Positions 8,499 through 17,308 of a stretch of 64,000 bases of DNA are shown here, in pieces. The notes below the pieces were generated by a model. The model saw only the letters and a list, made by a program, of their open reading frames with translations, had not been told where the DNA came from and did no database searches. The translations under genes and the position numbers were made by a program. This DNA is from Bacteroidales bacterium (GTDB lineage: Bacteria > Bacteroidota > Bacteroidia > Bacteroidales > VadinHA17), in the NCBI GenBank assembly GCA_021738535.1, contig JAIPBU010000004.1, positions 36,573-100,572 on the forward strand, read 5' to 3'. The number at the start of each line of letters is the position of its first letter. Position 1 is the stretch's first letter.

Positions 8499-10931
8499 AT
8501 GTTCGCAATATATAAAAGAGAAATAGGAAGCTTTTTTACCGGCCTGACCGGCTATATTGTAATACTGGTCTACCTTGTTATCAACAGCCTGCTTATGTGG
8601 ATACTGCCGGGCCAGTGGAATATTCTGGATACAGGCTATGCCAGTCTTGAACCTCTTTTTATTATTAGTCCATGGGTTTTTCTCTTCCTGGTACCGGCTG
8701 TTACAATGCGTATGGTGGCAGAAGAGAAGAGAAGCGGAACGCTTGAATTATTATTGTCGAGACCGGTATCTGAACGTCAAATAATATATGGTAAATACCT
8801 GGCTTCGCTGACGCTCGTGTTGCTTGCCCTGCTTCCCTGTGTTATATACTACGTTTCTGTCAGCTTACTGGGACAGTCTCCCGGGAATATTGACAGCGGC
8901 GGTACTATGGGAGCGGCCCTGGGCTTGTTCTTCCTCGCAGCTATCTATGCTGCTGCCGGGATTTTCTCCAGTACCTTGAGCTCAAACCAGGTGGCTTCTT
9001 TTATCATTTCTGTTATTACCGGTCTTATACTTTTTATCGGTTTTGATTCATTTGCCATGCTCCCTGGCCTGAAAAATATTGATGAACTGGTAATAAGACT
9101 GGGGATAAATGAACACTATAAATCAATTAGCCGGGGTGTGGTGGATTCAAGGGATATCCTGTACTACCTTGTTACTGTGCTTATATTCACTGAGCTTTCC
9201 GCCCTCTTGCTGCGCTCAGGCAAATGGAAGGGCTCCGGGTTAATTAAAACTGCCACTGCAAAAGGCAAAAAGAGTATTGCGGCTTTCTTTATAATGTTGC
9301 TTGCAGCAGTAGTGTTCTCGATTATTTCTTCACAATACTCATTCCGCTTTGACCTTACATCTGATAAAAGACATACTCTTTCTGATAAAACCAGGGAGGT
9401 ATTGTCAGGTCTCGATGATGAAGTTTATTTCCAGGTATACCTGGATGGGGAGATGCCGGTTGAATTTAAAAAATTACGACGCTCAGTTAAAGCGATGCTG
9501 GATGAGTTTCGTACCGGATCAGACCGAAAAGTGGATTACAGTTTTATTAACCCTGCTGAAGAAGAGGATGAGACCAAACGGAACAGGTACCAGTTATCAC
9601 TTATAAACAAAGGCCTTAAACCGGTAACTGTTTTTGATAATGATAATGAGGGTGGTAAGACTGAGAAGCGGATATTCCCCTCAATGATAATGAATTATAA
9701 TAATATCGAAATACCAGTAAACTTCCTGAAAAATAATCCCTCATTGCCAGCCGCAGTTAACCTGTCAAATTCAGTTGAAGGGCTTGAATATGAGCTTATT
9801 CAGCCAATATCAACCGCCCTTTCCGATACTATCCGTAAAGTAGCTTTTATAGAAGGCCATGGTGAGCTGGCAGAAGTGGAGGTAGCTGATATTACCCTTG
9901 AAATGGCCAGGTACTTTACAGTAGACCGGGGAACGATAAATGGCAGGGCAGGGGTACTGGATAATTATTCTGCCATTGTGGTGGCAGGCCCGCAAAAACG
10001 GTTCAGCGAAGAAGATAAACTGGTTATTGACCAGTACATAATGAATGGCGGGAAAGTATTATGGTTTATTGACGAGGTAATGGTAAGTAAAGACAGCCTG
10101 GCAGGAGGCGGGTCTGTGGCATTATACAGGCCTCTTAACCTGGAAGATCAGCTGTTTAAATACGGCGTAAGGATAGACCCCGTACTGGTGCAGGGAACAG
10201 ATTGTCTTATTATACCGGTACGGACAATGATAAGGGATTCAAGGCAGGTTATACCTGTGCCATGGATATATTATCCATTTCTGTATCCTAATTCAGATCA
10301 TCCCGTGACAAGGAATATTAACAGGGTCAAGTCTGAGTTTGTAAACCCTGTTGATACTGTAGGAGGAGATAACTCTGTAAAAAAGACAATACTGCTTGCC
10401 AGTCCTGCCGAAAGCAGAACGGTAAGCCCCCCCACGCTGATAAGCCTCGAGGATTATAAGAACCCGCCGCCGGCGGAGAGCTTTACAGGATCGTATATAC
10501 CGGTGGCAGCTCTCTTAGAGGGACGTTTTAATTCTCTGTATGCCAACAGGATGGTTTCATGGGAGGGAGGTGAGTTGAAAAAGAAAAGTAAGACAACAAA
10601 AATGATAGTGGTGGCTGATGGTGATATTATAAGGAATGAAGTTCGCCGGATCGGTAACAGGCTTGAACCTGAAAGACTTGGCCTGGACAAGTACTCGGGC
10701 CAGACTTTCGGGAATAAGGATTTTGTTATAAACTGCCTTAACTATCTTATTGATGACCGGGGATTGATTGATCTGCGTTCACGCGAATTAAAAGTCAGAT
10801 TGCTCGATAAAGAGAAAATCAGTGATAACAGGCTGCTGTGGCAATTAATCAATACCCTGGGACCTTTACTCCTGGTATTGCTGGCAGGAAGCATTTATGG
10901 ATTACTCAGAAAAAGAAAATATGCAGCGTAA
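8499..10931 (+). CDS. gldFG: fused gliding-motility ABC transporter components GldF (ABC-2 permease, ~aa 1-235) and GldG (auxiliary/periplasmic component, ~aa 255-810)
   Basis: The N-terminus MFAIYKREIGSFF...EEKRSGTLELLLSRP matches the GldF permease pattern. After a TM segment, RFDLTSDKRHTLSDKTREVLSGLDDEVYFQVYLDGEMP...MLDEFR matches the GldG N-terminus, and a C-terminal TM anchor is present. It is one uninterrupted 810-aa frame. Confidence 0.85.
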   Translation: MFAIYKREIGSFFTGLTGYIVILVYLVINSLLMWILPGQWNILDTGYASLEPLFIISPWVFLFLVPAVTMRMVAEEKRSGTLELLLSRPVSERQIIYGKYLASLTLVLLALLPCVIYYVSVSLLGQSPGNIDSGGTMGAALGLFFLAAIYAAAGIFSSTLSSNQVASFIISVITGLILFIGFDSFAMLPGLKNIDELVIRLGINEHYKSISRGVVDSRDILYYLVTVLIFTELSALLLRSGKWKGSGLIKTATAKGKKSIAAFFIMLLAAVVFSIISSQYSFRFDLTSDKRHTLSDKTREVLSGLDDEVYFQVYLDGEMPVEFKKLRRSVKAMLDEFRTGSDRKVDYSFINPAEEEDETKRNRYQLSLINKGLKPVTVFDNDNEGGKTEKRIFPSMIMNYNNIEIPVNFLKNNPSLPAAVNLSNSVEGLEYELIQPISTALSDTIRKVAFIEGHGELAEVEVADITLEMARYFTVDRGTINGRAGVLDNYSAIVVAGPQKRFSEEDKLVIDQYIMNGGKVLWFIDEVMVSKDSLAGGGSVALYRPLNLEDQLFKYGVRIDPVLVQGTDCLIIPVRTMIRDSRQVIPVPWIYYPFLYPNSDHPVTRNINRVKSEFVNPVDTVGGDNSVKKTILLASPAESRTVSPPTLISLEDYKNPPPAESFTGSYIPVAALLEGRFNSLYANRMVSWEGGELKKKSKTTKMIVVADGDIIRNEVRRIGNRLEPERLGLDKYSGQTFGNKDFVINCLNYLIDDRGLIDLRSRELKVRLLDKEKISDNRLLWQLINTLGPLLLVLLAGSIYGLLRKRKYAA

Positions 10932-11901
10932 TTATTATAAATGGATTGTGGGTACAGTGCTGATTGCACTTGCAGTTATTGCCCTTTATCTGATAAGCAG
11001 AAGAGAGCCCTTTGGTGCCCGCAACTCATTGCTGTACATAGAAAATGCTGAGCCTGTTACTAAAGTATTGATCAGTGATGGCAAGGGTGAGGTTGAACTG
11101 GAAAGACGTATGAAAAAATGGAAGGTGAACGGGAAGGAAGAAGCCAGGAAAAACGCGGTTATGATGCTGCTTGAGATAATGGAGGATATGCGCATAAAAT
11201 CACCGGTATCAGATGAACGCTATGAAGCCTTTGTGTCAGATCCCGGTACTGAACATACCAGGGTGAAGATATACGAGGGGAAGAGCATGCTCAGGTCCTT
11301 TAGTATTTTTGTTAATGACAGCCTGGACTTCCCGGGCATCATGAAGAAAACAAGGAGCAATAAGGCATTTACCATGCACCTTCCCGGCTATGACATGGAT
11401 CCCTGCTCTTACTTTATTGCAGAGGAGAAGTTCTGGTTGCCGTATAATATATTTTCACTGCACCCTGAACAGCTGGATGTCGTTAAACTGTCATATCCCG
11501 GTTTGCAGGACTCATCCTTTATCATAAGAAGGGAGGAGGATGGGACTGCATTTTACAATGAGCATTATAATGAAGCTGCTACTGACAGCCTTACTCTGAA
11601 CAGGTACCTTTCATATTTTTCTTATGTGCCTTTCAGTAAGTGGGTTAATGATGAGGAGGGCGAAATCGCAGACTCATTGATCCAAAATACATCTCCCTAT
11701 TTTGATCTTGAGATTATTACAGCCGGGAATGATACTATCAGGCTCTTTGCCTGGAAGAGGCAGTTGGAGCTGGATAATGGCAGCATGGAGGATACAGACA
11801 GATTATGGGGAAGCTTGAACGGGGGGCACGATATCTTCGTTATGCGATATTATGATATAGATCCTGTAATTAAATTTCCGTCTTATTTTATTTCAGACTG
11901 A
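10921..11901 (+). CDS. DUF4340-like protein (commonly follows gldG)
   Basis: N-terminal TM anchor (KWIVGTVLIALAVIALYLI). Its position directly after GldG and its ~330 aa size fit. I prefer ATG 10921, which overlaps the gldFG stop by 11 nt. The family call is from memory of synteny. Confidence 0.5.
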   Translation: MQRNYYKWIVGTVLIALAVIALYLISRREPFGARNSLLYIENAEPVTKVLISDGKGEVELERRMKKWKVNGKEEARKNAVMMLLEIMEDMRIKSPVSDERYEAFVSDPGTEHTRVKIYEGKSMLRSFSIFVNDSLDFPGIMKKTRSNKAFTMHLPGYDMDPCSYFIAEEKFWLPYNIFSLHPEQLDVVKLSYPGLQDSSFIIRREEDGTAFYNEHYNEAATDSLTLNRYLSYFSYVPFSKWVNDEEGEIADSLIQNTSPYFDLEIITAGNDTIRLFAWKRQLELDNGSMEDTDRLWGSLNGGHDIFVMRYYDIDPVIKFPSYFISD

Positions 11902-12033
11902 TTTTTATTTGAGGATATAAGTTTTTTTACTAATATTGATACACTGTATATTATTTAATTGCAGCATATAATTCAGGCAATTAATTGATTTTATAATTTA
12001 AAGGATAATAGATTAACATAAATAAAACAGAAC

Positions 12034-13164
12034 ATGAAATTCGTTGTATCAAGTACAGAACTCCTGGGGCATCTTCAGGGTATCAGTAAGGTGATAAGTA
12101 CAAAAAACACACTTCCAATATTAGATAATTTCCTTTTTAAACTGGAAGATAATAAACTGGAAATAACAGCTTCCGACCTTGAATCAACACTTATTACACA
12201 GATAAGCCTTGAAAACACGGAAGGTGACGGCAGTATTGCTATTCCGGCCAGGATATTACTTGACACACTCAAGGAGTTTTCAGAGCAGCCTCTTACCTTT
12301 GATATTAATCTTGAAACTATGGCCATTGTCATAAATTCAGAAAAGGGGCAGTTTAGCATTGTGGGACAAAACGGAGTGGATTTTCCTGTTTTACCATCTA
12401 TCAAAGAAGATAAGAAAGTAGCCTTTAACCTTGATGCCGGTATATTGCTTTCAGGGATCAGTAAAACTGTTTTTGCAACTGCTGATGACGAACTCAGGCC
12501 GGTAATGGGCGGCATCTTCGTGGAAGCCGGGCCGGATAAAATTACATTTGTTGCTTCTGATGCCCATAAACTGGTCAGATACCAGCGCAGCGATGCCAGG
12601 TCTGATGATGAAGCATCATTTATCCTGCCTAAAAAACCTGCTACCCTGATGAGAAATATCCTGCCTAAGGAAGATGGCCAGGTTGCCCTCGAATTTGATG
12701 ATAAAAATGCTTTCTTTACCCTTTCTGATTACAAAGTTGTTTGCAGGCTGGTTGAAGGTAATTATCCTAATTATAATTCAGTTATCCCATCCAATAACCC
12801 CAGGAAAGTAACAGTGGACAGGGTGGAACTTCTGAATACGATGAAAAGAGTTTCTGTTTTTTCAAACCAGGCCAGCAACCTGGTTAAACTGGAACTTACC
12901 GGAAACCAGATCAAAGTGTCTGCCCAGGATATTGATTTCTCGATTTCGGCCTATGAAAGGCTCAACTGTGAATATGAAGGAGATGAAATGGAGATAGGTT
13001 TTAAATCTGTATTCCTCCTTGAAATATTATCCAACATTGAGTCATCTGATGTAGTGCTTGAATTGGCTGATCCTACAAGAGCAGGCTTGTTCCTGCCTTC
13101 CGAAAATGATAATGATGATGAGGATGTGCTTATGCTTCTCATGCCCATGATGATCAATGCCTGA
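12034..13164 (+). CDS. dnaN: DNA polymerase III beta subunit (sliding clamp)
   Basis: 376 aa. The MKFVVSSTELL...LPILDNFLF start and the three-domain length are typical of DnaN. Confidence 0.95.
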   Translation: MKFVVSSTELLGHLQGISKVISTKNTLPILDNFLFKLEDNKLEITASDLESTLITQISLENTEGDGSIAIPARILLDTLKEFSEQPLTFDINLETMAIVINSEKGQFSIVGQNGVDFPVLPSIKEDKKVAFNLDAGILLSGISKTVFATADDELRPVMGGIFVEAGPDKITFVASDAHKLVRYQRSDARSDDEASFILPKKPATLMRNILPKEDGQVALEFDDKNAFFTLSDYKVVCRLVEGNYPNYNSVIPSNNPRKVTVDRVELLNTMKRVSVFSNQASNLVKLELTGNQIKVSAQDIDFSISAYERLNCEYEGDEMEIGFKSVFLLEILSNIESSDVVLELADPTRAGLFLPSENDNDDEDVLMLLMPMMINA

Positions 13165-13939
13165 TTTTTATATGGAACTTAATCTGAAACGACCACTTGC
13201 CTTTTTCGATCTTGAAACAACCGGTATAAATGTAGCCAGGGACCGTATCATTGAGATATCCGTAGTGAAGGTTCATCCTAATGGTAAAGAGGAGTGGTTT
13301 ACCGAGAGGATTAATCCCTGCATGCCTATCAGTCCGCAGGCAACCGCTGTTCATGGTATTACTGATGAAGATGTGAAAGACTGTCCTGCTTTTAAGGAAA
13401 TTGGAAAAAATCTTGCCCGTTTTCTTGAAGGCTGCGACCTGGCAGGTTACAATGCCATAAGGTTTGATATACCTCTGCTGGCTGAAGAGTTCCTGCGTGA
13501 AGGAATTGATTTCGATATACGGAAAAGAAAGTATGTGGATGTCCAGGTTATTTTCCATAAAAAGGAACAAAGAACCCTTAGTGCAGCCCTGAAATTTTAT
13601 TGTAATAAGGATCTTACTGATGCACACAGCGCCAGGGCCGATACACAGGCAACATATGAAATACTGAAAGCCCAGCTTGATATGTATGATGACCTGGATA
13701 ACGAGATTGATAAATTGTCCGAGTTCAGTCATCATAATAAGTCTGCTGACCTGGCTGGACGTATCGTATATAACGCTAAAGGACAGGAAGTCTTTAATTT
13801 CGGTAAGCATAAGGGCAGGCTTGTTGAGGAAGTACTGCAAAAGGAACCGAGCTATTTTGCATGGATGCTTGACGGCGATTTTCCTGAATATACAAAGAAG
13901 GTTCTTACGGAGATAAAACTGAGGTCATTTAACAAGTAA
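13157..13939 (+). CDS. DEDDh 3'-5' exonuclease (DnaQ/epsilon-like) with C-terminal KHKG-type small domain
   Basis: Exo I motif FFDLETTG and later H..ADT motif (HSARADT). Its ATG overlaps the dnaN TGA (ATGCCTGA, 8-nt overlap). Confidence 0.85.
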   Translation: MPDFYMELNLKRPLAFFDLETTGINVARDRIIEISVVKVHPNGKEEWFTERINPCMPISPQATAVHGITDEDVKDCPAFKEIGKNLARFLEGCDLAGYNAIRFDIPLLAEEFLREGIDFDIRKRKYVDVQVIFHKKEQRTLSAALKFYCNKDLTDAHSARADTQATYEILKAQLDMYDDLDNEIDKLSEFSHHNKSADLAGRIVYNAKGQEVFNFGKHKGRLVEEVLQKEPSYFAWMLDGDFPEYTKKVLTEIKLRSFNK

Positions 13940-13959
13940 GGATTAAAGCAAAACAGCCT

Positions 13960-14571
13960 ATGAAGATAATCTGCATTGGCCTGAATTATATTGATCATGC
14001 CCGTGAGATGAACAGGCCCCTGCCCAAAGAGCCTGTGGTTTTTCTGAAAGCCGATTCCGCCCTCGTGAAGAATAACAAACCTTTTTTTATACCTGCCTTC
14101 TCAGAAAATATACATTATGAGCTTGAAATAGTACTGCGTATATCTAGACTAGGTAAGGCAATAGCTGAGAAATATGCGCACAGGTATTTTGACAGTATAA
14201 CACTGGGACTGGATATGACTGCCCGGGATATGCAGTCAGCTTTATCATCAGCAGGAATGCCCTGGGATATCTCCAAGTCTTTTGACGGTTCTGCTCCCAT
14301 TGGTGAGTTTGTCCCCGTTGAGGAGGCAGGCGATTTAAATAATATTTCTTTCAGGCTTGAACGTAATGGAAGTACTGTGCAGGAGGGCAATACCTCGGGC
14401 CTGATTTTTGATTTTAACGCTGTTATAAGTTATGTTTCAAAATACTTTACACTTAAGACCGGGGATTTAATATTTACCGGTACGCCCGCAGGAGTGGGAC
14501 CAGTACAACGGAATGATCGTTTGACTGCTTATATGGGTACGAAAAAACTAATAGACCTGCTCGTAAAATAG
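13960..14571 (+). CDS. fumarylacetoacetate hydrolase (FAH) family protein
   Basis: MKIICIGLNYIDHA start, a C-terminal GDLIFTGTPAGVG motif and ~200 aa length fit a FAHD-type protein. Confidence 0.8.
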   Translation: MKIICIGLNYIDHAREMNRPLPKEPVVFLKADSALVKNNKPFFIPAFSENIHYELEIVLRISRLGKAIAEKYAHRYFDSITLGLDMTARDMQSALSSAGMPWDISKSFDGSAPIGEFVPVEEAGDLNNISFRLERNGSTVQEGNTSGLIFDFNAVISYVSKYFTLKTGDLIFTGTPAGVGPVQRNDRLTAYMGTKKLIDLLVK

Positions 14572-14576
14572 TATTG

Positions 14577-16391
14577 TTAGTCAATAGTAAAAACAGGTTC
14601 CTGGTCGCTGCATAGCTTCAGGTTACCGGGGTGGCTCATCAACCTTCCTGCAGGGTACAGCTTATTGTATTTTTCAATCTCGTACATAGGCGCTCTCTGG
14701 TACAGGAATCTCAATCGTGCCAGTGGATCATTGGCCAGTTCTTCATCATCTGCCATGGCAGTCTCTAATTCTTCCCGTAGCTCCTGGTTCTCTTCCAGCA
14801 TTTCCATCAGATGGCTTTCGAAGCCCCAGATAGAATAAAAATCATGCGCTTCCAGGATGGGATCAAAATAATTCCAGGCGAAGTAAGAATTAGGAGCATG
14901 AGGTTCCAGCATTTCAACTATATACCTGTTCGATTGCTGATTGGTTATGATAACAAAATCACCCTCGTAATATTGCATTTTTTGTTTAACCTTGCGCACA
15001 TCTGTATTCTGGTTCACATGATGTCCCTGTGTGGCCCTTTGTGCCGGCTCAGCATTTTCAATATAATAATTCTCAACTGTGAGTTCACTGTCTTTCTCCA
15101 GCCTGTAAACAACCACCTCGTTGTGCCTGAGTTTTTCAACTATGTCGCTCCATGCCTGTGGTATTATATATGCCCATGGCTTTTCTACAGTCAGAGAAGG
15201 GTCGTACTTTGTGTAGTAGGGTATACTGTCAGTCCATGGTTTATCATGATCATAGTAGCCCCTGTTCCATCTGCGACCTGAAGAGTTTTCAGGTCGTACA
15301 TGTTCATAACCCCTGAACAAAAGCTTCTCTGAATATGACATATCAATTTTCCAGTCGAGATGGTAAATATCCTGTTCCTTTACCTCTTCATCGGCTATGT
15401 CTTTAAGCTTTCTGATGGTATCAGAATTATCATATGTGTAGTAAGAGAGCTGTTTCAGAAAATCAATTACCGATCGTACCCTGTCAGGGAAATGTTTATA
15501 AACCAGATTCTCAGTCATAAATGAATAGCAGTTATACATTGATGTGTAACCGGTTGAATAGTAGGGGGCATCATTATAGGCCATAATACCATTTTTGATG
15601 TCACCATAGTAGTTCTTCATCTGTACATACGGTATCATACCGTAGTCAGAGTTTTCCTCCATCCTGCTGTAAAGGCCCGGCAGCATTTCTTCTTTAAAGA
15701 ATTTACCCATTGCTGTATCCAGCTTGCTGTAAAGGGTAGCAATTAATGTTATTGTGAACTGGTGATCTGAACCATTGGTAGTATGAGTATCCAGGAAAAC
15801 ATCAGGATTCAGAAAATGGAAAGTGCGTACGAAACTCCTGGCATTCTTTGTTTCCTGTTTGGCAAAATCCCTGTTCAAATCAAGGTTTCTCGCATTTCTT
15901 CTTCTGCCCACATAAACCGGTCCGTCCTGGTTTGTCCGGTAATACTTGCTGCGGTCCAGTGCTCCTCCAATATTGTAAACAGGAATAATTCCTATAACAA
16001 CCCTGTCAAGAAGCTCGTGCATTCCGTCAATATCTCTGAGTATATCCCACGAAAACTGAATGCTTGCATCAATCCCTTCAGGTTCGCCGGGGTGTATGCC
16101 GTTATTAATAAGTATTATACATTTTCCTTTCTCCCGCAGTGATGCGGGATTAAAATCATGATCACCTGAGATCATGAACAGGTGAAGGGGTTTACCTATA
16201 TCTGTCTTTCCCATCTCAACCAGCCTTGCTTCAGGGTAATAATCGGCCAGTTGCCTGTAGGCGTCAATCACTTCGTCATATTCAAGACTGAGGTTTTCCT
16301 CATACCTTAATATTATATCGGGTTCTTCTGCAACTTTACAGGCAGATAAAGAGATAGTTATAGCTGCAATTATGTATAATGCTTTTTTCAT
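14577..16391 (-). CDS. M14-family zinc carboxypeptidase, lipoprotein
   Basis: Lipobox ISLSAC. The zinc motif GIHPGEPEG (HxxE), NRDF and a later THTTNGSDH fit the M14 fold. Confidence 0.8.
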   Translation of the reverse strand: MKKALYIIAAITISLSACKVAEEPDIILRYEENLSLEYDEVIDAYRQLADYYPEARLVEMGKTDIGKPLHLFMISGDHDFNPASLREKGKCIILINNGIHPGEPEGIDASIQFSWDILRDIDGMHELLDRVVIGIIPVYNIGGALDRSKYYRTNQDGPVYVGRRRNARNLDLNRDFAKQETKNARSFVRTFHFLNPDVFLDTHTTNGSDHQFTITLIATLYSKLDTAMGKFFKEEMLPGLYSRMEENSDYGMIPYVQMKNYYGDIKNGIMAYNDAPYYSTGYTSMYNCYSFMTENLVYKHFPDRVRSVIDFLKQLSYYTYDNSDTIRKLKDIADEEVKEQDIYHLDWKIDMSYSEKLLFRGYEHVRPENSSGRRWNRGYYDHDKPWTDSIPYYTKYDPSLTVEKPWAYIIPQAWSDIVEKLRHNEVVVYRLEKDSELTVENYYIENAEPAQRATQGHHVNQNTDVRKVKQKMQYYEGDFVIITNQQSNRYIVEMLEPHAPNSYFAWNYFDPILEAHDFYSIWGFESHLMEMLEENQELREELETAMADDEELANDPLARLRFLYQRAPMYEIEKYNKLYPAGRLMSHPGNLKLCSDQEPVFTID

Positions 16392-16487
16392 TACCTGGAG
16401 ATAATTAATTCTCCGGAAAAGTAATAAAAAATATTAAATGAGATAAATGTACCGGGTACTTGTAAAACAGCTTATGCCGGATTTATC

Positions 16488-16736
16488 TTATCCGGCAGAA
16501 ATCATTTCCTCTGCTATTTCCAGTATGGTTGTATCGTCAAAAGTAACAAGTCCTCCATCCGGTCCCTGTTCAAGATGTATGCCTATGCTTTCTCCTTTAT
16601 CGTAATTCCACCCTCCAAAATAGTTTCTGACGGTCTCTTCATGCATATCCAGTTTACTTGCTATTGATTTTACGCTTCCTTCGGGAAGCTGATCTTTTAT
16701 CTCCCTTAACTTGTTAAATGTAATTGTTCTGCTCAT
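16488..16736 (-). CDS. small hypothetical protein, possible HTH DNA-binding
   Basis: 82 aa. The SVKSIASKLDMHEETVRNYF segment looks like a helix-turn-helix. A stem-loop (GCCGGAT...ATCCGGC, 16473-16493) overlaps the stop codon. I recognise no family. Confidence 0.4.
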   Translation of the reverse strand: MSRTITFNKLREIKDQLPEGSVKSIASKLDMHEETVRNYFGGWNYDKGESIGIHLEQGPDGGLVTFDDTTILEIAEEMISAG

Positions 16737-16843
16737 TATACTAAATTCGTTTAAAAAACCATCATTTTATAAAATTACATAAATTATCATTTCCATAAAA
16801 AAAAGGACCCTGATTTTAACAAAGTTTTAAGAATTTACAACTC

Positions 16844-17308
16844 TTATATTTTAGCGCTGGTTGTTTTATCAATGTCCCTTATAATAAAAACCCGGTAATC
16901 TCCCAGGTATTCAAATCCATATTTTTTGTAGAGCTCAATTGCCTTTATGTTAGTGCTGTGTACTTCAAGTTTTACCTGGAAGCCTTTGTCCCTGACATGC
17001 TCAAGCGATTCTTCGAGCAATGGTTTTGAGAGTCCTTTACCCTGGTATTCCGGTAAAAGGCCAAAATGATGCATATAAACCCGTCTGCCGTCAAAAGTCA
17101 TCCAGGAGCTGCCTGCGATTTTATTATTAAGCCTGTCTTCCAATAATAGAAGCCTTCCTCCAAGATCATTACACCGCTCAATAGTCTCGCGGTCATCTCC
17201 TCTCTCTGGTCTGCCCATACCTGTTAAACCCCATAGCTCAATAACTTCGTTATAATCCTCATCCCTGTAGTCGCGGATAATAAATTCTTTCATTTTAGGT
17301 TCATTCAT
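16844..17308 (-). CDS. GNAT-family N-acetyltransferase
   Basis: Acetyl-CoA motif YQGKGLSKPLLEESLEHVRDKG, at 154 aa. Its start overlaps the NfeD stop (ATGAATGA). Confidence 0.85.
   Translation of the reverse strand: MNEPKMKEFIIRDYRDEDYNEVIELWGLTGMGRPERGDDRETIERCNDLGGRLLLLEDRLNNKIAGSSWMTFDGRRVYMHHFGLLPEYQGKGLSKPLLEESLEHVRDKGFQVKLEVHSTNIKAIELYKKYGFEYLGDYRVFIIRDIDKTTSAKI

Noticed and set aside
11902-12033. AT-rich region upstream of dnaN as a possible oriC
   Set aside because: I found only one weak DnaA-box-like match (TTATCCTTT; 6 of 9 to TTATCCACA). No dnaA gene is adjacent and there is no cluster of boxes. It is more likely just the dnaN promoter region.
13154-13840. 228-aa minus-strand ORF
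   Set aside because: It is entirely antisense to the exonuclease gene, which has clear DEDDh motifs. Its sequence has no recognisable motifs and an odd Cys/Phe/Ile-rich composition, typical of shadow ORFs.
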